Source of the DNA: Macrostomum hystrix
Lineage: Eukaryota > Animalia > Platyhelminthes
Direction: 5' to 3'
NCBI GenBank assembly: GCA_950097015.1
Contig: CATNEN010000009.1
Coordinates: 310,001 to 374,000 of the forward strand
Length of the DNA stretch: 64,000 bases
The notes under the pieces are model-generated. The model was not told where the DNA came from, searched no databases, and worked only from the letters and a program-made list of their open reading frames with translations. Position numbers and translations under genes: made by a program. Position 1 is the first letter of the stretch; every line of letters starts with the position of its first letter. This document shows positions 39,901 through 52,565 of the stretch, piece after piece.

Positions 39901-42416
39901 TCATGGCTAAACCAGAGTCTGAATCATGGCTTAACCAGAGTTTGAATCATGGCTAAACCAGAGTCTGAATCATGGCTAAACCAGAGTTTGAATCATGGCT
40001 AAACCAGAGTCTGAATCATGGCTAAACCAGAGCCTGAATCATGGCTAAACCAGAGTCTGAATCATGGCTAAACCAGCGTCTGAATCATGGCTAAACCAGA
40101 GTTTGAATCATGGCTAAACCAGAGTTTGAATCATGGCTTAACCAGAGTTTGAAACATGGCTAAACCAGAGTCTGAATCATGGCTTAACCAGAATTTAAAT
40201 CATGGCTAAACCAGAGTCTGAATCATGGCTTAACCAGAGTCTGAATCATGGCTAAACCAGAGTCTGAATCATGGCTAAACCAGAGTCTGAATCATGGCAA
40301 AACTGGAGTCTGAATCATGGCTAAACCATAGTCTGAATCATGGCTAAAATAGAGTCTGAATCATGGCTAAAATAGAGTCTGAATCATGGCTAAACCAGAG
40401 TCTGAATCATGGCTAAAATAGAGTCTGAATCATGGCTAAACCAGAGTCTGAATCATGGCTAAACTAGAGTCTGAATCATGGCTAAACCAGAGTCTGAATC
40501 ATGGCTAAACTAGAGTCTGAATCATGGCTAAACCAGAGTCTGAATCATGGCTAAACTAGAGTCTGAATCATGGCTAAACCAGAGTCTGAATCATGGCTAA
40601 ACCAGAGTTTGAATCATGGCTAAACCAGAGTTTGAATCATGGCTTAACCAGAGTTTGAATCATGGCTAAACCAGAGTCTGAATCATGGCTTAACCAGAAT
40701 TTAAATCATGGCTAAACCAGAGTCTGAATCATGGCTAAACCAGAGTCTGAATCATGGCTAAACTAGAGTCTGAATCATGGCTAAACCAGAGTCTGAATCA
40801 TGGCTAAACTAGAGTCTGAATCATGGCTAAACTAGAGTCTGAATCATGGCTAAACCAGCGTCTGAATCATGGCTAAACCAGAGTTTGAATCATGGCTAAA
40901 CCAGAGTTTCAATCATGGCTAAACCAGCGTCTGAATCATGGCTAAACCAGAGTTTGAATCATGGCTAAACCAGAGTTTCAATCATGGCTAAACCAGCGTC
41001 TGAATCATGGCTAAACCAGCGTCTGAATCATGGCTAAACCAGAGTCTGAATCATGGCAAAACTGGAGTCTGAATCATGGCTAAACCATAGTCTGAATCAT
41101 GGCTAAACCATAGTCTGAATCATGGCTAAACCAGAGTCTGAATCATGGCTAAACCAGAGTCTGAATCATGGCTAAACCAGCGTCTGAATCATGGCTAAAC
41201 CAGAGTCTGAATCATGGCTAAACCAGAGTCTGAATCATGGCTTAACCAGAGTTTGAATCATGGCTAAACCAGAGTCTGAATCATGGCTAAACCAGAGTTT
41301 GAATCATGGCTAACCCAGCGTTTGAATCATTGCTAAACCAGAACTGGTGGATAATCGTCAACTGGGGGATCATGGTAAACTGGGGGATAATTGTCAACTG
41401 GGGGATCATTGTCAACTGGAGGATCATTGGCAACTGGGGGATAATTGTCAACTGGGGGATAATTGTCACGGGGAAACATCACCAAATGCGGGATCATAAT
41501 CAACTAGGGGATCATTGTCAACTAGGGGATCATGTTCAACTGGGGGAACATTGTCAACTGGGATCACCATCAATGGGGGATCATAGTCAACTGAGAGATA
41601 ATTGTCGACTGGGGGATAATCGTCAACTGGGGGATCATGGTCAACTGGAGGATCATTGTCAACGGGGGGATAGTTGTCAACTGGGGGATAATTGTCAACT
41701 GGGGGATCATTGTCAACTGGGAGATCATTGTCAATGTCAACTGGGGGATCATTTTCAACTGGGGATCATTGTCAACTGGTGGTTCATCATCACCCGGAGG
41801 ATCATTGTGAACTGGGGGGATCATTGTCAACTTGTTGATCATCATCAACTGGGGGATCATTGTCAACTGTGGGAACATTGTCAACTGGGGGAACGTTGTC
41901 AACTGGAGATTATCATCAATGGGGAGTCATCATTAACTGGGGGATCATTGTCAACTGCGTGATCATCATCAATTGGGGGATTATTGTCAACTCGGGGATC
42001 ATTGTCAGCTGTGGGAACATTGTCAACTGGGGATCATCATCAATGGGGAGTCATCATTAACTGGGGGATCATTGTCAACTGCGTGATCATCATCAATTGA
42101 GGGATTATTGTCAACTGGGGGATCATAATCAACTGCGTGATCATCATCAATTGAGGGATTATTGTCAACTGGGGGATCATAATCAACTGCGTGATCATCA
42201 TCAATTGGGGGATTATTGTCAACGGGGGGATCATTGTCAACTGGGGGATCATTGTCAACTGGGGGATTATTGTCAACTGGGGGATCTTTATCAACTGTGG
42301 GATCATTGTCAACTGATCATTGTAGCGTAAAAAGGCTGAAAATGCAGCTGCTAAAAAGTGTATACTGGACGAAATCAAAATATTTCTGCTCCCCGAAGGG
42401 GGGCAAAACTTGCTAG
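36986..42416 (+). mobile_element. Helitron copy 5 (subfamily C, 5431 bp)
   Basis: Same termini. Shorter CTTG microsatellite, private deletion near 37310, different 23-bp/18-bp array junction, distinct 3' end. Confidence 0.88.
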
Positions 42417-45400
42417 TCCACTATACTAAAAATGAAATGCTTGCTTGCTTGCTTGCTTGGTTGCTTGTAACTGATTTTCTCCCGAACGGCTCAACCAATT
42501 TTCACCATTTCTTCACCAAAAGATGCCAAATATGGGGACAATTTTACACGTATTTTTATTAAGCTTAACTTTATTGCTAAAGGGATTAAATATTCGAAAA
42601 ACATGATTTTTCAAAGGTCAAATTCAAAGGTCAAACCACTCACTGCCACTGAATTAGAATTGCATCGTCAAATTGCGCAACAACCCCTAGCTGATTGAAT
42701 TTGAAGCCTGCACTCTGGAGACAAATTGGAAATAAATGTACACAACCAACCGCGAGACTGAGTGTACTCTATTTTCTTACTTCATTGTACAAAGCCAGAA
42801 CTTTGAGAATTCATTTTATAAGGCTGATTTCTGCACCCACTAACCAACAGTCGGAATAGCCGATGTGTTAGGCACTAGGAATAAGTTAGGCTAGGCTAGG
42901 GTTCGATTCTGCACTGCGTCAAATCATTTAGACTAATTTTCAGCCAGTAGTGATTGAAGATTATTTTGATTTATTTTTTTCATTTCGTAAATAAAATATC
43001 ATGAATCATAGCAAACCTGAATTTGAATCATGGCAAAAATAGAGCTTGAATCATGGCTAAACCAGCGTCTGAATCATGGCTAAACCAGAGTCTGAATCAT
43101 GGCTTAACTAGAGTTTGAATCATGGCTAAACCAGAGTCTGAATCATGGCTAAACCAGCGTCTGAATCATGGCTAAAGCAGAGTTTGAATCATGGCTAAAC
43201 CAGAGTCTGAATCATGGCTTAACCAGAGTTTGAATCATGGCTAAACCAGAGTTTGAATCATGGCTAAACCAGAGTTTGAATCATGGCTAAACCAGAGTTT
43301 GAATCATGGCTAAACCAGAGTTTGAGTCATGGCTAAACCAGAGTCTGAATCATGGCTAAACCAACGTTTGAATCATGGCTAACCTAGAGTCTGAATCATG
43401 GCTAAACCATAGTCTGAATCATTGCTAAAATAGAGTCTGAATCATGGCTAAACCAGAGTCTGAATCATGGCTAAACCAGAGTCTGAATCATGGCTAAACT
43501 AGAGTCTGAATCATGGCTAAACCAGAGTCTGAATCATGGCTAAACTAGAGTCTGAATCATGGCTAAACCAGAGTTTGAACCATGGCTAAACCAGAGTTTG
43601 AATCATGGCTAAACCAGCGTCTGAATCATGGCTAAACCAGCGTCTGAATCATGGCTAAACCAGAGTTTGAATCATGGCTAAACCAGAGTTTGAATATTGG
43701 CAACACCAGAGTTTGAATCATGGCTAAACCAGCGTCTGAATCATGGCTAAACCAGAGTTTGAATCATGGCTAAACCAGAGACTAAATCATGGCTAAACCA
43801 TCATCATCAGCATGGCTAAACCAGAGTTTGAATCATGGCTAAACCAGAGTTTGAATCATGGCTAAACCAGAGTTTGAATCATGGCTAAACCAGAGTCTGA
43901 ATCATGGCTAAACCAGAGTTTGAATCATGGCTAAACCAGAGTCTGAATCATGGCTTAACCAGAGTTTGAATCATGGCTAAACCAGAGTTTGAATCATGGC
44001 TAAACCAGAGTCTGAATCATGGCTAAACCAGCGTCTGAATCATGGCTAAACCAGAGTTTGAATCATGGCTAAACCAGAGTCTGAATCATGGCTTAACTAG
44101 AGTTTGAATCATGGCTAAACCAGAGTCTGAATCATGGCTAAACCAGCGTCTGAATCATGGCTAAAGCAGAGTTTGAATCATGGCTAAACCAGAGTCTGAA
44201 TCATGGCTTAACCAGAGTTTGAATCATGGCTAAACCAGAGTTTGAATCATGGCTAAACCAGAGTTTGAATCATGGCTAAACCAGAGTTTGAATCATGGCT
44301 AAACCAGAGTTTGAGTCATGGCTAAACCAGAGTCTGAATCATGGCTAAACCAACGTTTGAATCATGGCTAACCTAGAGTCTGAATCATGGCTAAACCATA
44401 GTCTGAATCATTGCTAAAATAGAGTCTGAATCATGGCTAAACCAGAGTCTGAATCATGGCTAAACCAGAGTCTGAACCATGGCTAAACCAGAGTTTGAAT
44501 CATGGCTAAACCAGCGTCTGAATCATGGCTAAACCAGCGTCTGAATCATGGCTAAACCAGAGTTTGAATCATGGCTAAACCAGAGTTTGAATATTGGCAA
44601 CACCAGAGTTTGAATCATGGCTAAACCAGCGTCTGAATCATGGCTAAACCAGAGTTTGAATCATGGCTAAACCAGAGACTAAATCATGGCTAAACCAACA
44701 TCATCAGCATGGCTAAACTAGAGTTTGAATCATGGCTAAACCATCATCATCAGCATGGCTAAACTAGAGTTTGAATCATGGCTAAACCAGAGTTTGAATA
44801 ATGGCTACACCAGAGTTTGAATCATGGCTAAACCAGATCTTGAATCATGGCTAAACTAGAGTTTGAATCATGGCTAAACCAGAGTCTGAATCATGGCTAA
44901 ACCAGCGTCTGAATCATGGCTAAAGCAGAGTTTGAATCATGGCTAAACCAGAGTCTGAATCATGGCTTAACCAGAGTTTGAATCATGGCTAAACCAGAGT
45001 TTGAATCATGGCTAAACCAGAGTTTGAATCATGGCTAAACCAGATCTTGAATCATGGCTAAACTAGAGTTTGAATCATGGCTAAACCAGAGTCTGAATCA
45101 TGGCTAAACCAGCGTCTGAATCATGGCTAAAGCAGAGTTTGAATCATGGCTAAACCAGAGTCTGAATCATGGCTTAACCAGAGTTTGAATCATGGCTAAA
45201 CCAGAGTTTGAATCATGGCTAAACCAGAGTTTGAATCATGGCTAAACCAGATCTTGAATCATGGCTAAACTAGAGTTTGAATCTTGGCTAAACCAGAGTC
45301 TGAATCATGGCTAAACCAGCGTCTGAATCATGGCTAAAGCAGAGTTTGAATCATGGCTAAACCAGAGTCTGAATCATGGCTAAACCAGAGTCTGAATCAT

Positions 45401-48400
45401 GGCTAAACCAGAGTTTGAATCATGGCTAAACCAGAGTTTGAATCATGGCTTAACCAGAGTTTGAATCATGGCTAAACCAGAGTTTGAATCATGGCTAAAC
45501 CAGAGTTTGAATCATGGCTAAACCAGAGTTTGAATCATGGCTAAACCAGAGTTTGAGTCATGGCTAAACCAGAGTCTGAATCATGGCTAAACCAACGTTT
45601 GAATCATGGCTAACCTAGAGTCTGAATCATGGCTAAACCATAGTCTGAATCATTGCTAAAATAGAGTCTGAATCATGGCTAAACCAGAGTTTGAATCATG
45701 GCTAAACCAGATCTTGAATCATGGCTAAACTAGAGTTTGAATCTTGGCTAAACCAGAGTCTGAATCATGGCTAAACCAGCGTCTGAATCATGGCTAAAGC
45801 AGAGTTTGAATCATGGCTAAACCAGAGTCTGAATCATGGCTAAACCAGAGTCTGAATCATGGCTAAACCAGAGTTTGAATTATGGCTAAACCAGAGTTTG
45901 AATCATGGCTAAACCAGAGTTTGAATCATGGCTAAACCAGAGTTTGAATCATGGCTAAACCAGAGTTTGAATCATGGCTAAACCAGAGTTTGAATCATGG
46001 CTAAACCAGAGTTTGAGTCATGGCTAAACCAGAGTCTGAATCATGGCTAAACCAACGTTTGAATCATGGCTAACCTAGAGTCTGAATCATGGCTAAACCA
46101 TAGTCTAAATCATTGCTAAAATAGAGTCTGAATCATGGCTAAACCAGAGTCTGAATCATGGCTAAACCAGAGTCTGAATCATGGCTAAACTAGAGTCTGA
46201 ATCATGGCTAAACCAGAGTCTGAATCATGGCTAAACTAGAGTCTGAATCATGGCTAAACCAGAGTTTGAACCATGGCTAAACCAGAGTTTGAATCATGGC
46301 TAAACCAGCGTCTGAATCATGGCTAAACCAGCGTCTGAATCATGGCTAAACCAGAGTTTGAATCATGGCTAAACCAGAGTTTGAATATTGGCAACACCAG
46401 AGTTTGAATCATGGCTAAACCAGCGTCTGAATCATGGCTAAACCAGAGTTTGAATCATGGCTAAACCAGAGACTAAATCATGGCTAAACCATCATCATCA
46501 GCATGGCTAAACTAGAGTTTGAATCATGGCTAAACCATCATCATCAGCATGGCTAAACTAGAGTTTGAATCATGGCTAAACCAGAGTTTGAATAATGGCT
46601 ACACCAGAGTTTGAATCATGGCTAAACCAGAGTCTGAATCATGGCTAAACTAGAGTTTGAATCATGGCTAAACCAGAGTTTGAATAATGGCTACACCAGA
46701 GTTTGAATCATGGCTAAACCAGAGTCTGAATCATGGCTAAACCAGAGTTTGAATCTTGGCTAAACCAGAGTTTCAATCATGGCTAACCCAGCGTTTGAAT
46801 CATGGCTAAACCAGAGTTTGAATCATGGCAAAAACCGAGTTTCAATCATGGCTAACCCAGCGTTTGAATCATGGCTAAACCAGAGTTTGAATCATAGCCA
46901 ACCAGAGTTTGAATCTTGGCTAAACCAGAGTTTGAATCATAGCCAACCAGAGTCTGAATCATGGCAAAACGAGAGTTTGAATCATAGCCCACCAGGGTTT
47001 AAAACATGGCGAAACCTGAGTTTGAATCTTGGCTAACCCAGCGTTTGAAAAATCAACGTCAACTGGGGAGTCATCATCAAAATGGGGATCATGGTGAACT
47101 GGGGGATCATGGTAAACTGGGGGATAATTGTCGACTGGGGGATCATTGTCAACTGGGGGATCATTGTCAACTGGGGGATCATTGTCAACTGGGGGATCAT
47201 TGTCAACTGGGGGATCATTGTCAAATGGGGTATCATTGTCAACTGGGGGATCTTTGTCAACTGGGGGTTCATTGTCAACTGGGGGTTCATTGTCAACTGG
47301 GGGATCATTGTCAACTGGGGGATCATTGTGAACTGAGAGATCATTGTCAACTGGGGGGTAATGGTCAACTGGGGGATAATTGTCAACTGGGGAATCATCA
47401 TCAACTGGGGATCATCATCAACTGGGGGATCATTGAGAACTGGGGGATCTTTGTCAACTGGGGGATCATTGTGAACTGGGGGATCTTTGTCAACTGGGGG
47501 ATCATTGTATACTGTGGGATCATTGTCAACTGGGGGATCATTGTCAACTGGGGGATCATTGTCAACTGGGGGATCGTTGTCAACTGGGGGGTCATTGTCA
47601 ACTGGGGGAACATTGTCAACTGGAGGAACATTGTTAACTAGGGATCATCATCAATGGGGAGACTTCATCAACTGGGGGACCATTGTGAACTGGGGGATCT
47701 TTGTTAACTGGGGGATCATTGTCAACTGGGGGATCATTCTCAACTGGGGGATCATTGTCAACTGGGGGATCATTTTCAACTGGGGGATCATCATCAACTG
47801 GAGGATCATTGTCAACTGGGGGATCATTGTCAACTGGGGGATCATTGTCAACTGGGGGATCATTGTCAACTGGGTGATCATCATCAACTGGGGGATCATT
47901 GTCAACTGGGGGAACATTGTCAAATGGAGGAACATTGTTAACTGGGGATCATCATCAATGGGGAGACTTCATCAACTGGGGGATCATTGTGAACTGGGGG
48001 ATCTTTGTTAACTGGGGGATCATTGTCAACTGGGGGATCATTGTCAACTGGGGGATCATTTTCAACTGGGGGATCATCATCAACTGGGGGATCATCATCA
48101 ACTGGGTGATCATTGTGAACTGGGGGATCTTTGTCAACTGGGGGATCATTGTCAACTGTGGGATCATTGTCAACTGGGGGATCATTGTCAAATGGGGGAT
48201 CATTGTCAACTGGGGGATCGTTGTCAACTGGGGGTTCATTGTCAACTGGGGGTTCATTGTCAACTGGGGGATCATTGTCAACTGGGGGATCATTGTCAAC
48301 TGGGGGTTCATTGTAGCTTTAAAAAGCTGTAAATTCAGCTGCTACAAAGTATATACTAGACGAATTAAAAGTATTTCTGCTCTCCGAAGGGGGGCAAAAC

Positions 48401-48407
48401 TTGCTAG
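42417..48407 (+). mobile_element. Helitron copy 6 (subfamily B', 5991 bp)
   Basis: Shares the 5' deletion and 3' diagnostic bases with copy 4. Hairpin GCTCTCCGAAGGGGGGC + CTAG. Confidence 0.88.
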
Positions 48408-50187
48408 TCCAATTAGCTATGTTTGTTGATGTAAAGAGTGTATAGAAATAAATAAGCTAGAATGTAAAATATTTTTGCCACAATCCCAATCACTCTAATT
48501 ATAATCTCCGCATTGTTGGATATTATGATATTATTACTAGACATTCCATACACTTACAGACTGCTGACTCTGAAATCCCATTCTGAGTTCCCTGAAACCC
48601 GATTTTGAGATCTGTTGCAATCACATTGTGAATACTATAGAAGTGGAATCCAATTTTGATTTCACCGAAGTAATATTCTAAATGACTGAATTCTATGGAA
48701 CTTGTTATATTTGATTGAAAATGAGTTATTTTAGGCCTAATTTAAGCAAGCACTGCACCTAATTTACTAAGAAATGAATAAATGACAACTCATAGGCCTA
48801 GTCTCAATCGATTGCTACTTTGTAGCAGCTACACAACTTGAGTGGCCTGTTGAGGCAGACTTCAAATATTCAAGAATGACAATTATTTCTTGAATACAAT
48901 TTTTATCTGTACAACAGATAAAGCAACAGATTTTTTATCTGTACAACAGTTGCTGTACAACAAAAAGTCAAAAACAACAAAATATGCTGTTAGTGTCACA
49001 ATTCATGCTTCATAGAGTCTGGGCACAAACAAAGGCCACAATGCCAGCAGAGTCCAAGGCGCCAGCGTTAGACAGTAGTATGGGCAGTTGGATTTGGTGT
49101 GGTTAATGTGGCCTGCCAACAGGAGTAGCCAAAGTTGCAGCAATTCACTTGGATAGGCCAGGCTGGCGCAGTGATGTGCTCATTGCTGCATTGCAGCAGG
49201 ATGGGCAGAATTGTCTCCTTGTTGGCTATGGGCCTAGTGTCACCAAAGGATGTGCCATAGCCCACAGCCCTCTGGAAATTATTATTACTATTATTATACT
49301 AATTAGTCATTTTTGTTCAAATCAATATTGCCTTGACATGCCTTGCTTTAATCCTTTAGGCCTAGGCCTAGTATGATTGCTTCTATATACTAGGACCTAA
49401 TTAATTAAATATATAATATACATTAACAATCTTAAATGTATTGTTTATTTTTATGATACTTATCATGACCATTAAGTTCAATGTTACTATCTGTATCTAT
49501 TCTACTTATGGCATGAGGAGGAGTATAAAAGTGCTTAGGCCCTATAGTATAGTCTATAGTATATATTTAAGCTATGAATGTATATTGTATCATTCACAAT
49601 ATAGCATGGCATCTGCAAATTTTAAGCCAAGTCTTGACTCTCAAGCATAACAAAAGGAGTTGAGGTATGAAACTGATAAAAAATGATCAGTAGCTAGAAC
49701 TAGAACTAAACTAGAAGCAAGTCAGTATTATATGTAGGCTTTCTTTAGAAAGTATTGTTTCAGTGCTTTGAATATATTGCAATCTAAGGGTTTTGCTTAT
49801 ATAGCTAACTGTTAGCTCTGTTAGAACTGTTAGTTCTTTCAATAACATTTTCATTAGCTGAAACTCTGTAGAGTCTAGTAGAGTCTGTTCAGTCCTCAGG
49901 GTATGGAGCCAAGGACAGTAGAAGAAACTATACCTCATTGCTTAGCAAAAAAGAGCAATGTGCTACCTCTGCCGCAACTAGTAATGAATCCATTTCCACT
50001 TCGATATCGCCCACAATTGCCCACAATCAGACAAAAACAAAGAAGACCATAATAAAATCAACAGGGACTGTCCTAATTATGCATTAACTTTGACAGTACT
50101 CTGAGAATTTAGTTTTGCAAATTGGGATAACACATCATTTATGGATGGTTTCAATCCAGTCACAACTGCCACTATTAAAAGTGCCAC

Positions 50188-50313
50188 CTGCTATCACTGT
50201 ATTGGAATCTGCTATCACTGTATTGGAATCTGCTATCACTGTATTGGAATCTGCTATCACTGTATTGGAATCTGCTATCACTGTATTGGAATCTGCTATC
50301 ACTGTATTGGAAT
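50188..50313. repeat. 21-bp tandem repeat x6 upstream of GID8
   Basis: Unit CTGCTATCACTGTATTGGAAT. Confidence 0.92.
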
Positions 50314-50420
50314 CAGTGCGGCCTGCCAACCTGCAATTCCAGCGCATTCGCCTTGGAATTCGACACCTGGCGCCGGCCGAGCCCGCGTCCACCCTGCCAG
50401 CGACTGCCACCATAACCTCA

Positions 50421-52565
50421 ATGGCTTCCACCGCGACCCCTGCAGCTGCTCAGGGCCGCGACTGCCAGCCCGACCAATGGCTGGCCTCGCTAGCGAATCG
50501 GAGCCTGGGCTCCGAAGAGGATCTGAACCGGCTGCTTCTTGACTACCTGCAGCAGCAAGGCCACCTGGAAGCTGCTGAGGCCTTTCGACAGGAGGCGCGT
50601 GGACTGCCAGCTACCGCAAGCAGCAAAGAGCCTTCTGCTGCCTCTGACGTTGCCGAACTGCGGCGCCGGATTCGGGAGGCTGTTCAGGTGATTTCCGGCA
50701 GTAGCCTGTACTGTGAGGGCTGTGGGAGGCTGTTCAGGTGATTTCCGGCAGTAGCCTGTACTGTGACGGCTGTGGGAGGCTGTTCAGGTGATTTCCGGCA
50801 GTAGCCTGTACTGTGAGGGCTGTGGGAGGCTGTTCAGGTGATTTCCAGCAGTAGCCTGTACTGTGAGGGCCGTGGGAGGCTGTTCAGGTGATTTCCAGCA
50901 GTAGCCTGTACTGTGAGGACTCTGGGAGTCCATACTTTCTGTAGACCCTGGATTCGGGCTTCTGTAGTAAACTCCAGGCATTCTGTAGGCCCTGGATTCA
51001 AGCTTATGTAGTAGACTCCAGGCATTCTGTAGGCCCTGGATTCAAGCTTATGTAGTAGACTCCAGGCATTCTGTAGGCCCTGGATTCAAGCTAATGTAGT
51101 AGACTCCAGGCATTCTGTAGGCCCTGGATTCAAGCTTATGTAGTAGACTCCAGGCATTCTGTAGGCCCTGGATTCAAGCTTATGTAGTAGACTCCAGGCA
51201 TTCTGTAGGCCCTGGATTCAAGCTTATGTAGTAAACTCCAGGCATTCTGTAGGCCCTGGATTCAAGCTTCTGTAGTAGACTCCAGGCATTCTGTAGGCCC
51301 AGGATTCGGGCTTCTGTAGTAGACTCCAGGCATTCTGTAGGCCCTGGATTCGGGCTTCTGTAGTAGACTCCAGACATTCTGTAGGCCCTGGATTCGGGCT
51401 TCTGTAGTAGACTCGAGGCATTCTGTAGGCCCTGGATTCGGGCTTCTGTAGTAGACTCCAGGCATTCTGTAGGCCCTGGATTCGGGCTTCTGTAGTAGAC
51501 TCCAGACATTCTGTAGGCCCTGGATTCAAGGTTATGTAATAGACTCCAGGCATTCTGTAGGCCCTGGATTCAAGGTTATGTAGTAGACTCCAGGAATTCT
51601 GTAGGCCCTGGATTCAAGCTTCTGTAGTAGACTCCAGGCATTCTGTAGGCCCTGGATTCAAGCTTCTGTAGTAGACTCCAAGCATTCTGTAGGCCCAGGA
51701 TTCGGGCTTCTGTAGTAGACTCCAGGCATTCTGTAGGCCCTGGATTCGGGCTTCTGTAGTAGACTCCAGACATTCTGTAGGCCCTGGATTCAAGTTTATG
51801 TAGTAGACTCCAGACATTCTGTAGGCCCTGGATTCGGGCTTCTGTAGTAGACTCCAGGCATTCTGTAGGCCCTGGATTCAAGCTTATGTAGTAGACTCCA
51901 AGCATTCTGTAGGCCCTGGATTCGGGCTTCTGTAGTAGACTCCAGGCATTCTGTAGGCCCAGGATTCGGGCTTCTGTAGTAGTAGTGCCAGTAGCCGTGC
52001 CAGTTTGCTGGATTCACAACTTTGCCATGCCCTATCTCTGCAGTCCGGCCGCGCTGACGAAGCTGCCGACATGCTGGAGGCCGCCCGTCCAGGCCTGCTG
52101 GCTTCTCGTCCTGGCCTGGAGTTCAGCCTGCGCCTTCAGCAACTGCTGGAGCTTGTGCGGTCTGGCCGTGCGGCGGAGGCGCTGGATCTGGCGCAGGCTC
52201 GGTTGGCACCGCTGGCGGAAGTGCTGCCTGAACGCCTGGCTGACCTTGAGGAGGCCATGGCCCTGCTTGCTTTCGAGCGACCAGCTGAGTCGGCCGCATT
52301 CGGCCACTGGCTTGGACAGGGCCAGCGGCGTCAGCTGGCCGGCTTGATGGACGCAGCCATCGTCGGGGTCGATGCTGGCGACAGCAGCGCGGATGAAGAC
52401 GGCGCTTCAGTTGCCCAGTGCCGGCTGGACTACCTGCTCCGGCTGCTGCTGTGGTCGCAGGACCGCCTGTACAAGACCGGGGTTCGATTCCCACGCCTCA
52501 CCGATCTTGCTGGTGCCGGCTTCGACGACGCATCGTCGGCGGCGGCCGGTGACGGTTCGGTCTGA
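50421..52565 (+). CDS. GID8: GID8/TWA1 CTLH-complex subunit (LisH-CTLH-CRA), ~262 aa. Exons 50421-50687 and 52044-52565
   Basis: LisH (DLNRLLLDYLQQQGHLEAAEAFRQE), CTLH (RRRIREAVQ/SGRADEA...LQQLLELVR), CRA (LEEAMALLAFERP) and the GID8-type C-terminus (LLRLLLWSQ...FPRLTDL). Phase-0 intron CAG|GTGATT...CTCTGCAG|TCC. Confidence 0.88.
50674..50923. repeat. 50-bp tandem repeat x5 spanning the GID8 exon 1/intron boundary
   Basis: Unit GGGAGGCTGTTCAG|GTGATTTCCGGCAGTAGCCTGTACTGTGAGGGCTGT; donor copies at 50688, 50738, 50788, 50838 and 50888. Confidence 0.93.
50930..51985. repeat. 44-bp minisatellite x~24 in the GID8 intron
   Basis: Unit AGACTCCAGGCATTCTGTAGGCCCTGGATTCAAGCTTATGTAGT. Confidence 0.95.

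Larger units (their letters stand above)
17121..48407 (+). mobile_element. Head-to-tail array of six non-autonomous Helitrons (31,287 bp)
   Basis: Each unit begins TCCACTATACTAAAAATGAAATG(CTTG)n and ends GCTCCCCGA(A/T)GGGGGGC hairpin + ~7 nt + CTAG. Five exact CTAG|TC junctions at 22140/1, 27160/1, 32180/1, 36985/6 and 42416/7. Left flank ends in A (17120), right flank starts with T (48408), no TSD. No RepHel ORF. Confidence 0.9.

Noticed and set aside
49020-49290. Moderately GC-rich island with 65-75-aa ORFs on both strands
   Set aside because: No family match or consistent exon structure; may be a decayed exon or element fragment.
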